Notes under the pieces: model-generated
Told to the model about the DNA's origin: nothing
The model's input: the letters and a program-made list of their open reading frames with translations, nothing else
The model's database searches: none
Made by a program: the position numbers and the translations under genes
Origin: Myxococcota bacterium
GTDB lineage: Bacteria; Myxococcota_A; UBA796; CAJQPC01
Reading direction: 5' to 3'
Assembly (NCBI GenBank): GCA_036229005.1
Contig: JAZAMN010000071.1
Coordinates: 128,001-192,000 of the forward strand
DNA length: 64,000 bases
Shown: positions 58,416-64,000 of the stretch, piece after piece
Position numbering within the stretch: position 1 is the first letter of the stretch
Layout: every line of letters starts with the position of its first letter

Positions 58416-59567
58416 ATGAAGCTGGCCGGCTCGATCCTGATGGGGCTGCTCGGACTGCTATTGGGCTGCGCCGCGCTGTGCACCCTGCTGGGCCTGGGGA
58501 CTCTGCGTCAGGCCCCCCCGAGCGCCGTCGCCCTGGCCGGCGTGGCCCTGCTCACCCTGCCCACCGCCGGGATCGCCAGCCTGATCAAGCCCCGCTGGGT
58601 GGGGGCCCTCTCCGGGGCCGTGCTCTGGCCGCTCGCCCTGCTGGTCGGCGTCCCGATCTTCTTCCCGGGGGAGCGGACCGAGGCCCTCTCCACGGGGCTC
58701 GCCACCCTCTCCGCCCCCTTCGGCGCCCGCGCATCCCAACGCGCTGCCGGCATCGGCGAGGTCATCGGTTCGTGGATGGGCCCCGAGCTGCTGGCCGGCC
58801 AGCCCCCCACCCCGCACGCCGCGCCGCAGGCCGCTCCGCCTCAGCCTGTCCTCGCCGTCACCCAGATCGCTACACCCCGCGCGGTCGAGCACGACCCCGA
58901 GAGTCTGGCCCTGCCGTACGAGGGCCAAGGTCGCTCCCTCCGTGTCCCCGTCGGGCTGGAGCAGGACGGGTTCGAGGTGGAGCGCTGGATGCTCTTTGAC
59001 ACGGGCGCCACCTACACGACCCTGACCACCCAGGCGCTGGCGGACCTGGGCGTGCGCATCCCCTCCGACGCGCCCCAGGCGACCCTGCACACGGCCAATG
59101 GCGTGACGACGGCGCCGCTGGTGCTGCTGGACCGGGTGTGGCTGGGGGGCTTCGCGGTGGAGAACGTGACCGTGGCGGTGTGTGACCTGTGCGGCTCGGA
59201 CACCAGCGCCGGGCTGCTGGGGCTGAACGTGAGCGGGCAGTTCACGGTGACCTTTGATCCGGGCGCCCAGATGCTGGAGCTCACCCCCCAGGCGGGCAAC
59301 CGCGAGCTGGATCTGTCGCACTGGGTCCACCTGCGAGGAACAGCGACCGGCTACCCCGACGGGCGCATCGAGGTGGAGACCGAAGCGGACAACCTCTCGG
59401 ACCACGACATCGCGCGGCTGGACGTGGAGATCGAGTGCGCGTCCGAGCGCTTCACGGCCACCCTGACGGACATCGAGCCGGGGGGGACCGGCCACACGCG
59501 GGTGCGGCTGCCGCGGGGCACGGAGTGTGACCCCTACGTGCTGCGGCTGCAGAGCGGGAGCTGGTAG
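58416..59567 (+). CDS. Membrane-anchored retropepsin-like (clan AA) aspartic protease
   Basis: N-terminal TM segments; FDTGAT, TANG and GLLGLN motifs. Confidence 0.88.
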   Translation: MKLAGSILMGLLGLLLGCAALCTLLGLGTLRQAPPSAVALAGVALLTLPTAGIASLIKPRWVGALSGAVLWPLALLVGVPIFFPGERTEALSTGLATLSAPFGARASQRAAGIGEVIGSWMGPELLAGQPPTPHAAPQAAPPQPVLAVTQIATPRAVEHDPESLALPYEGQGRSLRVPVGLEQDGFEVERWMLFDTGATYTTLTTQALADLGVRIPSDAPQATLHTANGVTTAPLVLLDRVWLGGFAVENVTVAVCDLCGSDTSAGLLGLNVSGQFTVTFDPGAQMLELTPQAGNRELDLSHWVHLRGTATGYPDGRIEVETEADNLSDHDIARLDVEIECASERFTATLTDIEPGGTGHTRVRLPRGTECDPYVLRLQSGSW

Positions 59568-59570
59568 GCG

Positions 59571-60002
59571 CTACTGGATGACGACGCTGCGGGTCACCAG
59601 GTTCTCCGGGCTGCCGTCGCGGGCGCTGCGGGAGTAGACCTCGACCTTGGCGGGGCCGGGGGTGACCGGGACGGAGAGCTCGAACTCGCCAAAGTCGGGG
59701 GCGGCCGCCACGAGCACCGTGGCGTCGGTCAGCACCTCGTCGCCGCGGGTGACCCGGACGGTGAGGTGGCCCTCGAAGACCTGGGCGGCGCCCGCGACCA
59801 CGAGCTGCTCACCGGAGATCACCGCGCCCTCGGCGGGCTGGGTGAGCGCGATGGGCGTGGCCGGGGGCTGCCGCTCGAGCTCCTGGACCTGGGCCTCGCC
59901 CACCGGACCCGACTCCAGCGCCACCTGGGGCAGCTCGGGGACGGGCTCGGGGGTCTCTGCGACCGGGGGAGTGCCCGCGCAGGCCAGGAGCAGCAGGATC
60001 AT
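59571..60002 (-). CDS. Lipoprotein with Gmad2-type Ig-like domain
   Basis: MILLLLA-C leader; V.GAAQVFEG...FGEF...SARDGS pattern. Confidence 0.8.
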   Translation of the reverse strand: MILLLLACAGTPPVAETPEPVPELPQVALESGPVGEAQVQELERQPPATPIALTQPAEGAVISGEQLVVAGAAQVFEGHLTVRVTRGDEVLTDATVLVAAAPDFGEFELSVPVTPGPAKVEVYSRSARDGSPENLVTRSVVIQ

Positions 60003-60523
60003 GCGCCGAAGCTCGCGGGGGGCTTCCAGGCGGCGTCCAGGGCCTCGGTGGCGACCCACAGCATCATGAAGATCATGCCGGCCTTGGTGGGGTCGACGTC
60101 GACCTCGCCCTCCTGCTTGTCCTCGTCGCTGCGCTCGAACAGGGCCCACAGGGCCTCGTCCAGGATGTGGGGCTGGGCGCGGTCCTCGATGGCGCGGACG
60201 CGCTCGGGGAACTCCTTGTCGAAGGGCAGGAGCTGGTCGACCACGCCCTGGACCTTGGCGGCGGCGGCGTTGATCTGCTTGCCGTTGACCTTGGACAGGC
60301 GGCCGCCCATCTGGTCGAAGATGCGGACGACGACGGAGAAGAGGTAGAGGCTGACCTCGCCCGTCTGCGCGTCGATGGCCGGCAGGTTCTGGTTGTAGAA
60401 GCTCAGCAGGCGCTTCTGCTCCTTGAGCAGGCGGGTGGCGATGGCGCGGAAGCGCTCGCCGTCCTCGGCGCAGGCCTCGGAGAGGGTGTGGACGGTGTCC
60501 CGATCGATCGCGGCGTTGGCCAT
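59999..60523 (-). CDS. Hypothetical cytoplasmic protein
   Basis: Strong codon bias; GGAG before ATG; coupled to the next gene. Confidence 0.75.
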   Translation of the reverse strand: MANAAIDRDTVHTLSEACAEDGERFRAIATRLLKEQKRLLSFYNQNLPAIDAQTGEVSLYLFSVVVRIFDQMGGRLSKVNGKQINAAAAKVQGVVDQLLPFDKEFPERVRAIEDRAQPHILDEALWALFERSDEDKQEGEVDVDPTKAGMIFMMLWVATEALDAAWKPPASFGA

Positions 60524-60596
60524 GGTGGGCTCCAAGTCAGGGCGCACGCCAATAGCTTGGGCGGGGACGCTCAGCCACCCGGCGCGCGCCCTCCGC

Positions 60597-61859
60597 TCAG
60601 AGCGTGGTCCACACCACCACGGGCTCGCTTGCGCCGCGAAGCTGGAGCTCGCCGTGGGGCTTGAGCAGGGGCTCGTCCAGGTCGGGCAGAGCCTGCACCA
60701 CGGCGTCGGAGACCAGCACCGAGACGCCCTCCGCCTTGGTGGCGGACTCCAGGCGGCTGGCCAGGTTCACCGTCGCGCCCATCACCGTGTACTGCAGCCG
60801 GTCCGCCGACCCGATGTTGCCCGCCACGGTCCAGCCCCGGTGCACCCCGATGCCCTGCCGCAGCGGCGGGAGCCCCCGGGCCTCGCGCTCGCCGTTGTGG
60901 AGCTCCAGCGCCTCCTGCATCCCCAGCGCGCAGCGCACCGCCCGCTCGGCGTCGTCCCCCTGGGCCTCGGGCAGCCCAAAGACCACCATGATGGCGTCAC
61001 CGATGTACTTGTCCACCACCCCGCCGTGGGCGGAGATCACCTCGACCATGCGGTCCAGGTAGGCGTTCACCTCGGCCACCAGGCGCTCCGGCGACAGGGC
61101 GTCCGAGTAGGCCGTGAAGCCGCGCAGATCCGAGAACAGCACCACCACCTGCCGCCGGGCGCCGCCCAGCTCCAGGCCACCGCCCCCCTCATCGAGCACC
61201 GACTGGGCCACCGTCTCGGACACGTACACACCCAGCGCCTGCCGCGCGCGCTCCCGGTCGGTCACCGCCTGCGCCGCCTCGGTCACCAGGCGGCGGGTCC
61301 GCACGGTGATGGCGTCGCCCAGGGCCCCCGCGCCCACGAACATCGCCAGCCAGATGAACACGTCGGTGGGGCGCAGCATGGGGAAGGGCCCATTCAACGC
61401 CTGATCCAGCAGCCCCAGCCCCACCGCGGCCGCGCCGTTGAGGGCGATCGAGGTCCACACCAGCCGCCGATCCAGGCGCAGGCCGGAGACCGCCATGGCC
61501 AGGGCGTAGAAAGCCAACCCCGGCAGGTTGAACTGCCCCGGGTAGATCTCCCGCGCCCAGATCACGGTGGGCCAGAGCGCCACCGTGACCACCAGACTGT
61601 CCACCACCGTGCTGGCCCACAAGCGCCAGGGGGCCTCGCTGCGGCTGCGCAGCGTCCAGAGCGAGAAGCCGATGCCGGAGCCCAAGCCCAGGATCACCAG
61701 CCAAGGCCGCAGGTGGAAGTCCGCGATCGCGACCCGATCCGCCCAGAGGAGCTGCAGCAGCACAAAGAAAGCCGCCGCCACCCGCACCACCGCCACCGAG
61801 CGCTCACCGCGCCCGACGTTCCGCGCCAGGATGAGCTGCAGGTCGTCTGTGGTCCTCAC
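60597..61859 (-). CDS. Membrane-bound class III adenylate cyclase
   Basis: TM segments; LFSDLRGFT, DKYIGDA and YTVMGATVNLASRLE motifs. Confidence 0.92.
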   Translation of the reverse strand: MRTTDDLQLILARNVGRGERSVAVVRVAAAFFVLLQLLWADRVAIADFHLRPWLVILGLGSGIGFSLWTLRSRSEAPWRLWASTVVDSLVVTVALWPTVIWAREIYPGQFNLPGLAFYALAMAVSGLRLDRRLVWTSIALNGAAAVGLGLLDQALNGPFPMLRPTDVFIWLAMFVGAGALGDAITVRTRRLVTEAAQAVTDRERARQALGVYVSETVAQSVLDEGGGGLELGGARRQVVVLFSDLRGFTAYSDALSPERLVAEVNAYLDRMVEVISAHGGVVDKYIGDAIMVVFGLPEAQGDDAERAVRCALGMQEALELHNGEREARGLPPLRQGIGVHRGWTVAGNIGSADRLQYTVMGATVNLASRLESATKAEGVSVLVSDAVVQALPDLDEPLLKPHGELQLRGASEPVVVWTTL

Positions 61860-61917
61860 GGCGCCGGTGTAGCACAAGCGCCTGCAGGGGTGGGCCGCGG
61901 CGGGATATGCCGGAGCC

Positions 61918-62271
61918 ATGCCGACCCGCTTCCACCTGCGCTGCGCCACCCGCTTCCTCGCTCCTCTGGAGCAGGTGCGGGATCTCACCAACCCCGAGGG
62001 CCCCTGGCTGCCCGGCCTGCGCGAGGCCCTGTTCGACGACTGGCAGCACGAGCGCCACTGGGAGCAGGCCACCGACGCCGTCCGCTACGAAGACCGCATC
62101 AGCTTCACGCCAAAGGCCGGCAAGTACCTCGCGATCGCCACCGAGCGCCTGCTCCAGAGGCACCACCGGCACCTGGCCCAGCAGCTCCCCAGCGACGCCC
62201 AGGCCACCGCGGTGTCCACCTTGCGCCAGGTGTTCGAGGTGAAACAAGATCACACCACCGGCTTCATGTAG
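61918..62271 (+). CDS. Hypothetical protein (truncated SRPBCC-like)
   Basis: APLEQV...FDDWQHER..VRYEDRI resembles SRPBCC; GGAG RBS. Confidence 0.45.
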   Translation: MPTRFHLRCATRFLAPLEQVRDLTNPEGPWLPGLREALFDDWQHERHWEQATDAVRYEDRISFTPKAGKYLAIATERLLQRHHRHLAQQLPSDAQATAVSTLRQVFEVKQDHTTGFM

Positions 62272-62292
62272 GCCCACCTCCAGGAGATCCCC

Positions 62293-62586
62293 ATGCTGTT
62301 CCTGCTCTCTCTGCTGGCCTGCGAAGGCGAGGACACCGGCACCGACCGCGAGGCAGACATCGCCGCACTCCAGGGCGACACGGCCAACGGCGAGACCCTC
62401 TACAGCACCTGCCAGGGCTGCCACGGCGCCGCCGGCGAGGGCACCGACAGTGGCCCCGGGATCGCCGGGGAGTCCAAGGCCGAGATCATCGAGACCGTGC
62501 TCTACGGCGAGGACACCATGCCCGCCTACGAGAGCTGGGCCGACCAGGACATCGCCGACGTGACGGCCTACGTCCTCACCTTCTGA
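62293..62586 (+). CDS. Small monoheme c-type cytochrome lipoprotein
   Basis: LLA-C lipobox; CQGCH; MP axial Met; AGGAG RBS. Confidence 0.88.
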   Translation: MLFLLSLLACEGEDTGTDREADIAALQGDTANGETLYSTCQGCHGAAGEGTDSGPGIAGESKAEIIETVLYGEDTMPAYESWADQDIADVTAYVLTF

Positions 62587-62670
62587 GCCCTTCGGGGGGA
62601 CACACGCTGCTCTGAGGGACCCCGGCGCGGCCCGCCCGCGTTAAGGGGGCCGCCCGAAACGGAGCCACAG

Positions 62671-64000
62671 GTGCGCGTCCCCCTCTCCCTGCTCTCGCAG
62701 ATGGTCGATCTGCCCGAGTCCATCGACGAGCTCGCCGAGAAGATGAACGGCCGGGTCTCGGAGATCGAGCACATCCACCGCTTCCCCAGCCGCCAGGCCT
62801 TCGCCGACGTGGTCCGCGTCGAGCTGGTCCAGGTCGTCCAGGAGAGCGCCGACTACCAGCGCTGGGAGGCCACCTGCAGCACCGGGACCGTCCACATGGT
62901 CGTCGGCAAGAAGCACGGGGTCCGCGCTGGCGAGGCCTTCTGCGCCGTGCTCTCCGGCGGCAGCACCCCTCTGGGCGAGGCCGTCACCGGCCGGGACCTG
63001 GACGGGCTGGCCTCCGACGGCATGCTGCTCTCCGAGGAGTCCGCCGGCGTGGGCAGCGACTCCACGCACCCCCTGCGTCTGGCCCCCGATGTCCTCGCCG
63101 ATGCCGACCTGTGGCAGGCGTTGGGTCTGGACGACGTCGTGCTGGAGTTTGACCTGGAGCCCAACCGCTCCGACCTCTTCTCCCTCATCGGCATGGCCCG
63201 GGACGTGAGCGCCATCTACGGTGTGCCCCTGCGCGCCCCCACCCTGGCCGACGACAGCGCCTGGGGGAGCTCCGCCCTCAAGATCGACGTGAAGGCCCCC
63301 GCCTGCACCCGCTACGCCGCGCTCGAGCTTCGCGGTCTGGGCAGCGGACCGGCCCCCCAGTGGCTGCAGAACGCCGTCCGCAAGCTGGGCATGCGCCCCA
63401 TCAACGCCGTGGTCGACGCCGCCAACCTGGCCATGATGGAGCTGGGCCACCCCATGCACACCTTCGACCGGGCCACCATCGGCAGCGGCGTGATCGGCCT
63501 GCGCATGGCCGCCCCGGACGAGACCATCACCACCCTGGACGGGACCGAGCGCACCCTGACCGACGAGTGCCTGCTGGTCACCGACGGCGACCGCCCCGTG
63601 GCCCTGGCCGGCATCATGGGCGACGCCAGCTCCGAGATCGGCCCCGAGACCGACTCCGTGGTGATCGAGGCCGCCCACTTCGACATGTTCACCGTGCGCC
63701 GGGCCTCCCGCCGCCTGGCGCTGCGCACCGAGGCCTCCCTGCGCTTCGAGAAGGGCCTGGCCCCCCAGGGAGTGATGCCCGCCGTGCGCCGCCTGGTCCA
63801 GCTCCTGAGCGGGCTCTACCCCGACACCCAGGTCCTGGGCCTGGTCGACCACTGGCCCGAGCCCCCCGCCGACCACGTGATCGCCTTCGACCCCGACCTG
63901 GCCCGCAAGCGCCTGGGCATGGACGTCCCCGACGACCTGATCCGCAGCCGCTTTGCCGCCCTGGGCCACCAGGTCGGCCCCGACTGGAGCGTCACCATCC
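62671..64000 (+). CDS. pheT: Phenylalanine-tRNA ligase beta subunit (only the 5' part lies in the window)
   Basis: Manual translation from GTG 62671 shows EPNRSDLFSLIGMARD, RPINAVVD...ELGHPMHTFD, ALAGIMG and TEASLRFEKG. Confidence 0.9.
   Translation, partial: MRVPLSLLSQMVDLPESIDELAEKMNGRVSEIEHIHRFPSRQAFADVVRVELVQVVQESADYQRWEATCSTGTVHMVVGKKHGVRAGEAFCAVLSGGSTPLGEAVTGRDLDGLASDGMLLSEESAGVGSDSTHPLRLAPDVLADADLWQALGLDDVVLEFDLEPNRSDLFSLIGMARDVSAIYGVPLRAPTLADDSAWGSSALKIDVKAPACTRYAALELRGLGSGPAPQWLQNAVRKLGMRPINAVVDAANLAMMELGHPMHTFDRATIGSGVIGLRMAAPDETITTLDGTERTLTDECLLVTDGDRPVALAGIMGDASSEIGPETDSVVIEAAHFDMFTVRRASRRLALRTEASLRFEKGLAPQGVMPAVRRLVQLLSGLYPDTQVLGLVDHWPEPPADHVIAFDPDLARKRLGMDVPDDLIRSRFAALGHQVGPDWSVTI

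Noticed and set aside
1..64000. Prophage, IS element, integron, rRNA or tRNA
   Set aside because: No transposase, integrase or phage genes and no recognisable RNA gene patterns; composition looks uniform.

Overview
Very GC-rich bacterial chromosomal DNA (roughly 70% by eye). It is most consistent with a Myxococcota-type deltaproteobacterium (inference from the kinase-STAND-TPR proteins, MYXO-CTERM-like tails, DUF1592/DUF1552 pair, MopE-type repeats and futalosine pathway). The window is densely coding, with about 55 genes and no rRNA, tRNA, CRISPR or transposase. Main blocks: (i) 1-23 kb, a signalling region with four co-oriented Ser/Thr kinase-STAND NTPase genes, a PP2C phosphatase, RegB/RegA, OsmC and a DUF1592/DUF1552 operon; (ii) three tandem S1 proteases; (iii) a futalosine-route menaquinone operon whose MqnA is fused to a Cys-less MqnC-like domain; (iv) a BlaI/M56 pair with a 34-bp operator palindrome; (v) many lipoproteins, a MopE/FG-GAP surface protein, a tandem-duplicated DHOR cytochrome, trpF, an adenylate cyclase and the 5' part of pheT. 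The most unusual signal is two related intergenic elements (2681-2952 and 17892-18157). Each is a pair of inverted 31-bp-period tandem arrays sharing a CAWCC-N6-GARYGC core, with arms that co-vary between loci. Also notable is the pervasive use of ultra-short, uncharged lipoprotein signal peptides. All calls come from motif reading; no database search was run.
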